In this document: positions 22,069 to 31,467 of the stretch, piece after piece
How the letters are laid out: every line of letters starts with the position of its first letter
Position numbering within the stretch: position 1 is the stretch's first letter
Source: Gemmobacter sp.
Lineage (GTDB): Bacteria > Pseudomonadota > Alphaproteobacteria > Rhodobacterales > Rhodobacteraceae
Length of the DNA: 55,510 bases
Direction: 5' to 3'
Assembly: GCA_031260425.1 (NCBI GenBank)
Contig: JAIRJX010000327.1
Coordinates: forward strand, 1 to 55,510
Translations under genes and position numbers: made by a program
Notes under the pieces: model-generated
Database searches by the model: none
What the model saw: the letters and a program-made list of their open reading frames with translations, nothing else
What the model was told of the DNA's origin: nothing

Positions 22069-22220
22069 GCACAAGCGGATTGGCCGCCTCCCCCAAGAGG
22101 CTGTGCGGGCACTTTGGGTGAATGTCGATCCGCACCCGCTCCTGCCTTTGCGGGTTGCCGGGCGTTGACCGGGCGGGGTGGCGGGTCTATGCCCGGCAGG
22201 TGCTGCCAGCGGAGGCTCCC

Positions 22221-22835
22221 TTGACCATCTACCTGCACCAGTCCGACCTGCCCGACGGGCTCGACCTCGGCCCCGTGGTGGCCATCGACACCGAGACGAT
22301 GGGCCTCGACCCCCGGCGTGACCGGCTTTGCGTGGTGCAACTATCGCGCGGTGACGGCCATGCGCATCTGGTGCAGATCGTGCGCGGCCAGACCAGCGCG
22401 CCCAATCTGCAGCGGCTGCTTGCCGATCCGGCGGTGCTGAAGCTGTTTCATTTCGGCCGCTTCGATATTGCTGCGATGAAGCGGGCCTTCGGCGTTACCG
22501 CTGCGCCGGTCTGGTGCACCAAGATCGCCTCGAAGCTGATCCGCACCTTCACCGACCGGCACGGGTTGAAATATCTGCTGGCGGAACTGGTGGGCGTCGA
22601 TGTGTCGAAACAGCAGCAGACCTCTGACTGGGGTGCTGTGGAACTGACCGAGGCGCAGAAGGAATATGCGGCCTCCGACGTGCTTTACCTGCACAGGCTG
22701 AAGAAGGAACTGGAGGCGCGGCTGATCCGCGAGGGGCGGCTCGACCTGGCGCAGCGTTGCTTTGATTTCCTGCCGACGCGGGCAGAGCTCGATCTGCTGG
22801 GATGGGAGGAGCCGAATGACCTCTTCCATCACTGA
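22221..22835 (+). CDS. rnd: Ribonuclease D (short alphaproteobacterial 3'-5' exonuclease)
   Basis: AIDTETMGL, KLFHFGRFD, CTKIASKL, SDWG, YAASDV; TTG start after GGAGG. Confidence 0.9.
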   Translation: MTIYLHQSDLPDGLDLGPVVAIDTETMGLDPRRDRLCVVQLSRGDGHAHLVQIVRGQTSAPNLQRLLADPAVLKLFHFGRFDIAAMKRAFGVTAAPVWCTKIASKLIRTFTDRHGLKYLLAELVGVDVSKQQQTSDWGAVELTEAQKEYAASDVLYLHRLKKELEARLIREGRLDLAQRCFDFLPTRAELDLLGWEEPNDLFHH

Positions 22836-23781
22836 TTTTCGCGCCATCGGCCGCCGGGTGATCCGGCGCGAGGCCGAGGCACTCGACCTGCTGGCCGAAA
22901 GTCTTGGGCAGAGCTTCGATGCGGCGGTGGCGGCGATTCTGGGTGCGCGGGGCCGGGTGATCGTCTGCGGCATGGGCAAATCCGGCCATGTCGCCCGCAA
23001 GATCGCCGCCACCTTCGCCTCGACCGGCACGCCCGCGCAATTCGTCCATCCCGGCGAGGCGAGCCATGGTGATCTGGGCATGGTGACCGGGGATGATGTG
23101 GCACTGGTGCTGTCCAATTCCGGTGAGACGCCGGAACTGGCCGATATCGTCGCCCATACCCGCCGCTTCGGCATTCCGCTGATCGGCGTGGCCGGGCGCG
23201 AGGGCTCGACGCTGCTCCAGCAATCGGATGTGGCGATCCTCCTGCCGCCCGCGCCTGAAGCTTGCGAGACGGGCATCGTGCCGACCAGTTCCACCACCAT
23301 GACGCTTGCACTGGGTGACGCGCTCGCCATCGCGCTGATGGAGCATCGGCGGTTCACCCCCGATCAGTTCCGCATCTTCCATCCGGGCGGCAAGCTTGGC
23401 GCGAAACTCGCTACGGTGCGCCACCTGATGCATGTCGACCCGCCGCTGGTGGCCGAGGAGACGCCGATGAGCGAAGCCTTGCTCATGATGAGCCAGAAGG
23501 GCTTCGGCGTGGTTGGCGTCACCGATACGGAGGGCCATCTTGAAGGGATCATCACCGATGGCGACCTGCGGCGTCACATGGCGGGCCTGTTGTCGCTGAC
23601 TGCTGCGCAGGTGATGACGCGGGGGCCGCGTACCATCTGGCCAGATGCCTTGGCGGAAAGGGCGGTGGCGGAGATGAACGCGCGCAAGATCACCTCGCTG
23701 TTCGTGGTGGAGCCGGAAGGCTCGCGCCATGTCGTGGGGTTGATCCATGTCCATGACTGTCTGCGCGCCGGGGTCGCCTGA
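22816..23781 (+). CDS. kdsD: Arabinose-5-phosphate isomerase (KpsF/GutQ, SIS plus CBS domains)
   Basis: GMGKSGH, HPGEASHGDLG, SNSGET, FHPGGKLG. Confidence 0.93.
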   Translation: MTSSITDFRAIGRRVIRREAEALDLLAESLGQSFDAAVAAILGARGRVIVCGMGKSGHVARKIAATFASTGTPAQFVHPGEASHGDLGMVTGDDVALVLSNSGETPELADIVAHTRRFGIPLIGVAGREGSTLLQQSDVAILLPPAPEACETGIVPTSSTTMTLALGDALAIALMEHRRFTPDQFRIFHPGGKLGAKLATVRHLMHVDPPLVAEETPMSEALLMMSQKGFGVVGVTDTEGHLEGIITDGDLRRHMAGLLSLTAAQVMTRGPRTIWPDALAERAVAEMNARKITSLFVVEPEGSRHVVGLIHVHDCLRAGVA

Positions 23782-23784
23782 CGG

Positions 23785-24375
23785 ATGGACGGGCATTCGC
23801 GCCTCGTCGGCTGGCTGAAGGTGGCTTTGCCGCTGGCGGCGCTGGCTTTGCTCTCGACGCTGTTTCTGGTTTCCCGCTCCATCAACCCCGGCGACGCCAT
23901 CCCTTTTTCCGAGGTTGATATCGCCGACCGTTTGCGCGAACCGCGCATGACGGAACCCGCCTTTGCCGGCGTGACCGAGGATGGCGCCACCATTACGTTG
24001 ACCGCCGACGAAATGCGTCCGGGGCAGGGCAGGGGCGCCGCGGCGCAAACCCTGCGGGCGCGGATCGAGACCCCCGATGGCGGGGACGCTGCACTTTCGG
24101 CGGGATCGGTCACGGTCGACGAAGGGGGGCGGGTGCTGGTGCTGGGCGAAGGGGTGCTGGTCTCCACCTCGACCGGCTATGAGTTCCGCACCGAGGCGAT
24201 GTCGCTGGCGCTCGATCGAACCGGCGCGCGCAGCGCGGGGGGGATAGAAGGTTTCGGTCCGCCCGGTCGGCTGACGGCGGGCGGGGCAGAGATCACCCGT
24301 GCCGGCGAGGCCGGCGACTATGTTCTGGTTTTCAACAATGGTGTCCGGCTGATATACCAGCCGGGCAAACCCTGA
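23785..24375 (+). CDS. lptC: LPS export protein LptC-like
   Basis: N-terminal TM (LKVALPLAALALLSTLF), beta-rich body, position between kdsD and lptA. Confidence 0.8.
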   Translation: MDGHSRLVGWLKVALPLAALALLSTLFLVSRSINPGDAIPFSEVDIADRLREPRMTEPAFAGVTEDGATITLTADEMRPGQGRGAAAQTLRARIETPDGGDAALSAGSVTVDEGGRVLVLGEGVLVSTSTGYEFRTEAMSLALDRTGARSAGGIEGFGPPGRLTAGGAEITRAGEAGDYVLVFNNGVRLIYQPGKP

Positions 24376-24385
24376 GAGGCCCCGG

Positions 24386-24877
24386 ATGCTCCGACTGCTT
24401 GCCCCCCTCGTCGTGCTCTGTGCTCTGGCCGCACCCGTCGCGGTGATTGCGCAACAGGCGCAGATCGCCTTTGGCGGGCTGAGGCAGGATACCTCGCTGC
24501 CGGTGCAGGTCGATGCCGAAAGCCTCACGGTCGATCAGGCGGATGGCAGTGCGACATTTTCCGGCAATGTGCGGGTGGAGCAGGGTACGATGCGGCTGGC
24601 GGCGGCAATGGTGCGGGTCGAATATGCGCCCGGCGGTGGGGCGATCTCGCAGCTTCATGCCAGCGGCGGGGTGACATTCGTGAACGCGGCGGATGCGGCA
24701 GAGGCGAAGGAAGCGGTTTACAGCATCGCCGAAGGCCGTGTGGTGATGACCGGCGACGTGCTGCTGACGCAGGGGAGAAGCGCTATCTCGGGCCAGAAGC
24801 TGGTGATCGACCTCAAGGCGGGGACCGGCGTGATGGAGGGTGGCGTCTCCACTGTCTTCGTGCCGGGGAGCAAGTGA
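24386..24877 (+). CDS. lptA: LPS transport periplasmic protein LptA/OstA
   Basis: Signal peptide; PVQVDAESL, ATFSGNVRVEQG, MTGDVLLTQG. Confidence 0.9.
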   Translation: MLRLLAPLVVLCALAAPVAVIAQQAQIAFGGLRQDTSLPVQVDAESLTVDQADGSATFSGNVRVEQGTMRLAAAMVRVEYAPGGGAISQLHASGGVTFVNAADAAEAKEAVYSIAEGRVVMTGDVLLTQGRSAISGQKLVIDLKAGTGVMEGGVSTVFVPGSK

Positions 24878-25629
24878 TGTCGGCTCCGTCCGACACCGAG
24901 GGCCCGGTCGGCCTTTCCGTTCGCGGGCTACGCAAGAGCTACAAGAAACGACTCGTCATCCGCGACGTGACGCTGAACCTGCAACGCGGCGAGGTGGTGG
25001 CGCTGCTCGGCCCCAACGGCTCAGGCAAGACGACCTGCTTTTACGCCATCGCGGGTCTCGTCCCCGCCGACGGAGGGCAGGTGCTTATCGACGGCACGGA
25101 CGTGACGGCGCTGCCGATGTATCGCCGGGCGCGGCTGGGAATGGGTTATCTTCCGCAGGAGATGTCGATCTTCCGGGGGCTGTCGGTCGAGGACAACATC
25201 CTTGCCGTGCTGGAAATCCGCGAGGGTGACAGCCACAAGCGGCGAGAGCGGCTGGAGGAGCTGCTGTCGGATTTCTCCATCACCCATCTACGCCAGGCGC
25301 CCGCGCTCGCACTTTCGGGGGGCGAGCGGCGGCGGGTCGAGATTGCGCGCTGCCTTGCGGCCAACCCGAAATACCTGTTGCTCGACGAGCCCTTCGCCGG
25401 GGTGGACCCGATCTCGGTGATCGAGATCCGGCATCTGGTGCAGGAGCTGAGGGGGCGCGGTCTTGGTGTGCTCATTACCGACCACAATGTCCGCGCGACG
25501 CTGGAGATCGTGGACCGCGCCTATATCCTGCATGACGGCCAGGTCCTGATGAGCGGCACCACCGACGAGATCGTGCGCGACGAGACGGTGCGGCGCGTCT
25601 ATCTCGGGCAGAATTTCAGGATGAATTGA
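24877..25629 (+). CDS. lptB: LPS export ABC ATPase
   Basis: GPNGSGKTTCFY, LPMYRRAR, YLPQE, LSGGERRR, LDEPFAGVDP, ITDHNVR. Confidence 0.96.
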   Translation: MSAPSDTEGPVGLSVRGLRKSYKKRLVIRDVTLNLQRGEVVALLGPNGSGKTTCFYAIAGLVPADGGQVLIDGTDVTALPMYRRARLGMGYLPQEMSIFRGLSVEDNILAVLEIREGDSHKRRERLEELLSDFSITHLRQAPALALSGGERRRVEIARCLAANPKYLLLDEPFAGVDPISVIEIRHLVQELRGRGLGVLITDHNVRATLEIVDRAYILHDGQVLMSGTTDEIVRDETVRRVYLGQNFRMN

Positions 25630-25892
25630 AGCGGACGGTTTTCCGCGCGAAGGTTTCGCGCCGGAGACCCTTCGATGATGCCAGCAGGAACGCGGCTGTT
25701 GACAACATGACGATTCTTGCCGCCAAATGGCTGGGATGCGTGCGATAATTGCCCCCTTTCCGGCTCATCTCACGGCAGTTTCCTGCCCCGATGAGGCTGG
25801 AAAGGTTTTCCGGTCGACCCTATGTGAAATTCATCAGCGGGTAACCCTGCATGATGCAGGTTGTGCCTTGCTGTCATCGTGAAGGAGAAGTC

Positions 25893-26468
25893 ATGCGTTA
25901 CCAGATCAGTGGCAAACAGATTGACATCGGCGAGGCGCTTCAGACCCATGTGAAGGCCGAACTCGGCGAGGTGGTGGAGAAATATGCTCAGCGCCCCACC
26001 GAGGCCAATGTCGTGTTTTCCAGGGCGGCGCATGAATATGTCTGCGAGGCGACGATCCATCTTTCCACCGGGCTGAACGCGGCGGCAAAGGGGAATGCCG
26101 CGGAAATCTATGCCGCTTTCGAAGCTTGCCGCGAGCGGCTGGACAAGCAGCTTCGCCGCTACAAACGCCGGCTGCGCGACCATCACCGCGACCGCACGGC
26201 CCCTGTTGAATTCGATGGCGGTTCCGCCTATATCCTCGCCGCGACCGAGGAGCCCGAGGATTCCGATACCGCGCCGCTTCAACCTGTCATCATTGCCGAG
26301 ATGGAGACGAAGATCCCTTCGATCACCGTCGGCGAGGCCGTGATGCAGATGGAGTTGGCGGGGCAGAAGATGCTTGTGTTCCGCAACGAGGGACATGGGG
26401 GCGTGAATGTCGTGTATCGCCGTGAGGACGGCAATATCGGCTGGATCGACCCGCGCAACAGCAAGTGA
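25893..26468 (+). CDS. hpf: Ribosome hibernation promoting factor, long form (RaiA/HPF)
   Basis: MRYQISGKQIDIGEAL, KQLRRYKRRL, NVVYRREDGNIGWIDP; AAGGAG ribosome-binding site. Confidence 0.95.
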   Translation: MRYQISGKQIDIGEALQTHVKAELGEVVEKYAQRPTEANVVFSRAAHEYVCEATIHLSTGLNAAAKGNAAEIYAAFEACRERLDKQLRRYKRRLRDHHRDRTAPVEFDGGSAYILAATEEPEDSDTAPLQPVIIAEMETKIPSITVGEAVMQMELAGQKMLVFRNEGHGGVNVVYRREDGNIGWIDPRNSK

Positions 26469-26502
26469 CGCGCCGGCGGGCGCTGGATGGACGGCGATCC
26501 TG

Positions 26503-26967
26503 ATGGACATATCTAAACTTCTCAATCCGCAGGCCGTCAGGGTCGTCAGCCAGCTGACCAGCAAGAAGCGGCTGTTCCAGGAAATCGGCGAGATGGCGGC
26601 GCAGGCTTACAAGCTGAACGCCTCCGTCGCCATTGACGGTCTGCAGGAGCGCGAGAGCCTTGGTCCCACCGGTGTGGGCCACGGCATCGCGCTGCCGCAT
26701 GCCCGGCTGGAAGAGCTGGGCGGGATCATCGGTGTCTTCCTGCGGCTGGAAAAGCCGCTGGATTATGACAGCGTGGACCGTCAGCCGGTCGATCTGGTCT
26801 TCGGTCTGTTTGCGCCCAAGGATTCGGGTGTTGATCACCTGAAGGCGCTGGCGCTGGTCAGCCGCACCATGCGCGACAGCGGTATCTGTGCCAAGCTGCG
26901 CGCCAATACCGATCCCGCGAAGCTCTACGCGATCCTGACCGAAAACCGCGCACCGGCTGCGGCCTGA
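26503..26967 (+). CDS. ptsN: PTS IIA-Ntr regulatory protein
   Basis: RESLGPTGVGHGIALPH, DRQPVDL, HLKALA; follows hpf. Confidence 0.93.
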   Translation: MDISKLLNPQAVRVVSQLTSKKRLFQEIGEMAAQAYKLNASVAIDGLQERESLGPTGVGHGIALPHARLEELGGIIGVFLRLEKPLDYDSVDRQPVDLVFGLFAPKDSGVDHLKALALVSRTMRDSGICAKLRANTDPAKLYAILTENRAPAAA

Positions 26968-27180
26968 GGGCGCTATCCATTGCGATGGATGGCCGAGGCC
27001 AGACCACGGCCGATCTCTTGCCAATGACGATCCGTCTTCTCGCCATGCCGGGCACAAGACACGAAACCTGCCATCGGAAAGCCCTTCGCCACCCCCTTGT
27101 CCGTTTTGGTCTTTGCTTCTTGCCCAAATACTCAGACGACATCAGCCGCAGGAAGTGCCGTCTGGCATGGGAAAGGCCAC

Positions 27181-27266
27181 GTGGGCGGGTGCCTGACGCG
27201 GGGATCGCCATACCATAGGGTGGACCACAATCCCAACTGCGCTCGCCAGCGGTCGGGGGTTGCCCT
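27181..27266 (-). repeat. Family A element, degenerate inverted copy
   Basis: Reverse complement reads GGGCAACCCCCGACCGC...GTCAGGCACCCGCCCAC (compare copy 2); 27047-27075 resembles the left flank of copy 2. Confidence 0.5.
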
Positions 27267-27314
27267 CTGTCATGCAGGATGTCGGAAGGGGCGGATGGCT
27301 ATCCGTGCGCGCAG

Positions 27315-28709
27315 TCAATCCCGCCAGCGACCGAAGCTGAAGCCGTGATAGTCCCGCTGATAGGCATCTCGCGCTGCTTCTTCGATTTCGGGGTCGTTGA
27401 TGAGGGCGAGATCGGCGGCCAGCGCCGCATCCTCCTGCGACACCGGCGCCGGTGCGCTCAGGCCGAGTTCTGCGGCGAGGAAGGCCAGCCCTTCAGTCAG
27501 CCGGTCCTCACGCAACACCAGGTCGGGGGGCTGGAACTGGGCAAAGCCGTTCAGTACCGCGCTCTGGCTCGCCAGCCGGGCGTCGATCTTCTGCCCGGTT
27601 TGTCCGCCGAGATAGAGCTTCAGCCAGCGCAGGAAATCGAGGAACCCAGTCCGGTGCGCCGCAATATCGACCAGATCCGCCGACAGGTCGAGCTTGTAGG
27701 CGCGCGTCAGCAGCCGGTGCAGGTCGCCTTCACGGCCCAGCACAACGCGGCGATAGCCGTCATAGGCGCGCAACAGGGGATGGCGTAGCACGGTGAAGCC
27801 CCGATGCGCGCCTTGCTGGCGCTTCCACTGGCGAAGTGCCTTCTGGGTGAAATCTCCGACCAGCCCGTCCGGCGCGGTGGCGGCCATCCAGTGCCGCACC
27901 GTCGCCTCCGGCCCGCCCCGCAGCGGCATGTAAAGCAGCCCGGCCCCGGCGGTGGCGATGAAGCCGGGGATATGGGGGCCGCGCCGGGGCTCGAAATTCG
28001 GGGTGCGCGACAGGTTGAAGCGGTCGAGCCGGGCAAGGGCCGTCTCCATCGCCTCGGGGTTCACCAGCTTTCCGGCGATATCCTCGGGGTTCTGCTTCTT
28101 CAGGCGGCTGTCCAGTTCCTCCAGCCGCCCCGCGACGCCGAGAAAGGCGGCAAGCCCGTTAAGCACCGCAAGATCGCTCAGATCGTCATAGTCGATATAG
28201 AAGGCGGTCTGTCCGCCGGTCTGGAGCGCGTGCATGAGTTCGACCTGGAAGTCCTGCACCGCCGTCATATGCGCTTCGAACCCGGCAGCGTCGAACTCTA
28301 CCTTCGCAGTCCTCAGTCGGGTCGCATTGGTCAGCCGCCATTGATCGGTTGCCTGCGCGATCCGCAGGCTGACATAGCTGTCGAGCGGATTACGGGTCAG
28401 GATGATCTTGGCGCAGGCTGGATCGGCCAGCACATGGGCGATCACCCGTGCGTCATGGTCGTGAAAGCAGCGGAAGCCGGCAAGGCCGTCGGTCTGCCGC
28501 CGCATCGCGGCCAGCACCCGAAGCGGATTGCGGTCGCGTTCGTCCATGTCGATGCCGAAGAGGTTCGTCGCGTCCTTCTTGCCCATGAAATGCGGGTTGA
28601 ACACCTCGCCATGGCAGGTCACGCCCGGCAGCATATTCAGGTTGGCTTCAAGGAAATTCGATCCGGTCCGCATTGCCGCGAACATGACGAAGGAGGTGAA
28701 CCGGCCCAA
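27315..28709 (-). CDS. Two-domain sulfotransferase (NodH/Stf0-like N-terminal domain plus Sulfotransfer_2-like C-terminal domain)
   Basis: 5'-PSB MRTGSNFL and 3'-PB LTRNPLDSYVS; C-terminal FTVLRHPLLRAY ... YQRDY..F. Confidence 0.85.
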   Translation of the reverse strand: MGRFTSFVMFAAMRTGSNFLEANLNMLPGVTCHGEVFNPHFMGKKDATNLFGIDMDERDRNPLRVLAAMRRQTDGLAGFRCFHDHDARVIAHVLADPACAKIILTRNPLDSYVSLRIAQATDQWRLTNATRLRTAKVEFDAAGFEAHMTAVQDFQVELMHALQTGGQTAFYIDYDDLSDLAVLNGLAAFLGVAGRLEELDSRLKKQNPEDIAGKLVNPEAMETALARLDRFNLSRTPNFEPRRGPHIPGFIATAGAGLLYMPLRGGPEATVRHWMAATAPDGLVGDFTQKALRQWKRQQGAHRGFTVLRHPLLRAYDGYRRVVLGREGDLHRLLTRAYKLDLSADLVDIAAHRTGFLDFLRWLKLYLGGQTGQKIDARLASQSAVLNGFAQFQPPDLVLREDRLTEGLAFLAAELGLSAPAPVSQEDAALAADLALINDPEIEEAARDAYQRDYHGFSFGRWRD

Positions 28710-28710
28710 G

Positions 28711-30411
28711 CTATTTCACCAGATAGGGGCGGCCGCGCCGCGCGATCATGGGGCGGGGATCATCGCCCGCCGGGAAATTGCCCATCAGGGTTGGTTGCAT
28801 CCCCTGATTGCGCAGGTTCTGCAGGAACTGGCCGAAGCCGGTCAGGTCCGCCATGCGCGGCGCTTCGGTCAGCCGGCGGCTGGAGCGGGGGCTGATCTCG
28901 TCGATGATGGTCTGCAATGGTTCCATCGGGTTCTCGATGAATTCGGCCAGCGTCCAGATCCGCACCCTTGCCTTCACCGTCAGCGCCCGCAGCACCCGGA
29001 GATGATCGGCCTCGATCTTCTGAAGCTGCGCGGCCTCCTTGCGGATGTCGCTGAAATTGCTGTTGGTATGAAACAGCGGCACTGCCCAGGCACCTGAGAT
29101 GACAGAGATCTGCGCATGAGGATCGCGGGCGAGGAACTCACCGATCTTCTGCTTGTCGCGCGGGCCGAACTGGAAGCATTGCCGCTCGCCCCGGGTGTTC
29201 CAGATCAGGTTGTAAAGGAAGCCGCGCGGATTGTAGTCGCGCAGGTCGGCGCTATCCGGGAGCGCGCCGTTGTAGATCCGCTCGTCCCCGGCGAATTCCA
29301 CCCGGTCCGGCGCGAAGAGGTGACCGTGCACCCGGGTTCCGGTCGCCTTGCCGAGCCAGGTGTCGAAATTCTCGAACAGGTCAGCGAAGCCCTGGAATAC
29401 CGAATAGGGCGCGGCGGTCATGCCGTTTTCCCAGTTCAGGTTGGGGAAGCGGCTCTGCATGTAAAGCCCGGCGCGGCCCTTGGTGCGCCGTTCTACCGCC
29501 TTGGCGAACAGCCGGTCGATCTTGCCGGGATTGGGCTCCGCCTGTGGCTGGCTGGCCAGATCTTCCGACAGGAAGGTGCGGTAGAGCTTGTCGGCCTGCG
29601 GCCAGATCTTGCGGACGACGAAATAATCCGACCGCCGCAGCAGTTGCAGATGATCGTCGTAAAAGACATGCGGCTTGCCCTGGAAATCGAACTTCGACAG
29701 CGTGAGCGAGCGGCTTTCGACATTGGCCGAGACCTGGCGTACCAGCGTCTGGAAATAGCTTTCATCGGGGATCCACACCCGCTGGAAATAGCGGTCGTTC
29801 TCTTCCCGGTCGGGGCTGTCGAGGATGGCGCTGAGCGTCTGGCGGGTCAGGCACCACCATTGGCTGCCCAGATGCGGCACCATGCCGGCCGGGATGCGGC
29901 GGCGGAAGCGCAGCCGACGTTGCAGCCGGACATAGGCGTCGAACAGCCGGCGCTGCTTTCGCCACGAGAACGGGAAGCGCAAGGTAAAGCGTTCGGTGTT
30001 CAGCCCGCCGATGGTCCAGCCGACATCCTCGGTGGTGACGCTTTCGATGAAATCGGTCTTCGGACGCTCGTCCAGATAGGCGACCAGCTCCGGCACCGGC
30101 CGGAGCGGCAGGCAGGAGCCGGAGGAAAGATAGACATGCCGCACCCCGGGAAACTCGCGAAGCAGCAGGCTTGACGCCGCCTGCGTCGCCGCCACCAGCC
30201 CCCAGGTGCCCCATTCACCGGAGAAGCGTTCGGAAAAGCGGATATCCGCCACCCCGGTCAGATCGCGCTTCAACCGCTTCAGCGCGCCGCGCGACACGCG
30301 CCGATCGACATGGATCACCACCGGGCAGCCATGCCCGGCCAGATGCCGCGCGACCTGCGCCGCCCGATCGAACGAGGTGTGGCAGAGCATGACGAAGCCG
30401 ACTGTGCTCAC
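28711..30411 (-). CDS. GT14 (core-2/I-branching-type) glycosyltransferase with C-terminal extension
   Basis: IHVD, WGTWGLV, LSSGSCLPL, GSQWWCLTR, IPDESYFQT. Confidence 0.88.
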   Translation of the reverse strand: MSTVGFVMLCHTSFDRAAQVARHLAGHGCPVVIHVDRRVSRGALKRLKRDLTGVADIRFSERFSGEWGTWGLVAATQAASSLLLREFPGVRHVYLSSGSCLPLRPVPELVAYLDERPKTDFIESVTTEDVGWTIGGLNTERFTLRFPFSWRKQRRLFDAYVRLQRRLRFRRRIPAGMVPHLGSQWWCLTRQTLSAILDSPDREENDRYFQRVWIPDESYFQTLVRQVSANVESRSLTLSKFDFQGKPHVFYDDHLQLLRRSDYFVVRKIWPQADKLYRTFLSEDLASQPQAEPNPGKIDRLFAKAVERRTKGRAGLYMQSRFPNLNWENGMTAAPYSVFQGFADLFENFDTWLGKATGTRVHGHLFAPDRVEFAGDERIYNGALPDSADLRDYNPRGFLYNLIWNTRGERQCFQFGPRDKQKIGEFLARDPHAQISVISGAWAVPLFHTNSNFSDIRKEAAQLQKIEADHLRVLRALTVKARVRIWTLAEFIENPMEPLQTIIDEISPRSSRRLTEAPRMADLTGFGQFLQNLRNQGMQPTLMGNFPAGDDPRPMIARRGRPYLVK

Positions 30412-30421
30412 ACTCGCCCCC

Positions 30422-31432
30422 TCATGCCCAGTTGCCCTTGGACATCAGCCCGAGGATCTCGAGCTGGCGCCAATTGATGTATTTCTCGCTCCACTTGCAC
30501 CAGAAATCGGGGGAATTGGTCAACCCTTCATGATAGGCGCGGTATTCGTTGCTGTTGGCATAGTGCTGCTTGCGCGCCATCTCTTCCTGCGCCTTGACGG
30601 CGAAGGTATCGAGGAACTTGGCATGGAGCAGGCAGCCCGACGCCTTTTCGCCGCCCCATTCGTCATAGACGAGGTTCAGCCCGCGCGGCAACAGCATGTG
30701 GGTGGAGCTGACATAGGCATAGTCGCGGTGCCATTTCACCAGCGGGATCTTGTTCAGAGCCGGCGCACGTTCCGGCGCGTCGCTGAAGAAGGTGCGCGCG
30801 CGCGGGCCGCCCTGGATCCAGAGATTGCCGTATTTGCGGTTCTTCGCCATGGTGTAGTTGCCGCTGTCGAACCATTGCGCGATCTCGAACGGATCTTGTC
30901 CCTCGTGATAGGGATGACGGCAGATCGGCCCCTTGGGATACATGTCGAGCAGCATTGCCGAGAAGGAGCGGATGGAGCTCGCATCCAGCCAGTCGGTCAG
31001 GGCGCGCAGCGGGCGCGTATCGCAGAACGGATAGACGAAGAACTCGTCCGCATCGACGACCAGCGTCCAGTGCCCATGCGCATAGCGCATCTGAAGCCAG
31101 TTCAGCCAGTCCACCCCGTAGCGCGAGCGCTTGTAGCTGGCTTTCGTCGTCCAGAGCGAGATATCGGCCTGCCGGGTGAGGTATTCGCGGGTGCCGTCAT
31201 CGCTGTCATTGTCCACGAACAGGAAATGATTGATGCCGAGGTCGCGGTAATAGCTCAGGAAATACGGCAGCCGGTTCCGCTCGTTGCGGATGGTGCAGAA
31301 CAAAAGCAGGTCGTCCTGGCGGATCGAGGTGGTGCGATTGGCAGCAGCGGTCAGTTCGCGCCGCTTGCGGAAGGCGCGGATACGCCAGCGTTTGCGCGCC
31401 AGTCGCAGCATATATGTCGCCAGAATCCCCAA
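30422..31432 (-). CDS. GT2-like glycosyltransferase
   Basis: RNE...YYRDLG, VDNDSDDGT, VDADEF, LLHAKF. Confidence 0.88.
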   Translation of the reverse strand: MGILATYMLRLARKRWRIRAFRKRRELTAAANRTTSIRQDDLLLFCTIRNERNRLPYFLSYYRDLGINHFLFVDNDSDDGTREYLTRQADISLWTTKASYKRSRYGVDWLNWLQMRYAHGHWTLVVDADEFFVYPFCDTRPLRALTDWLDASSIRSFSAMLLDMYPKGPICRHPYHEGQDPFEIAQWFDSGNYTMAKNRKYGNLWIQGGPRARTFFSDAPERAPALNKIPLVKWHRDYAYVSSTHMLLPRGLNLVYDEWGGEKASGCLLHAKFLDTFAVKAQEEMARKQHYANSNEYRAYHEGLTNSPDFWCKWSEKYINWRQLEILGLMSKGNWA

Positions 31433-31467
31433 ACCTTCACACCTCCTTCGAAGTCACCCTGCCCAGG

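Noticed and set aside
25700-25890. raiA-motif ncRNA
   Set aside because: That motif is described from Firmicutes and Actinobacteria and I see no match; kept only as a generic structured leader
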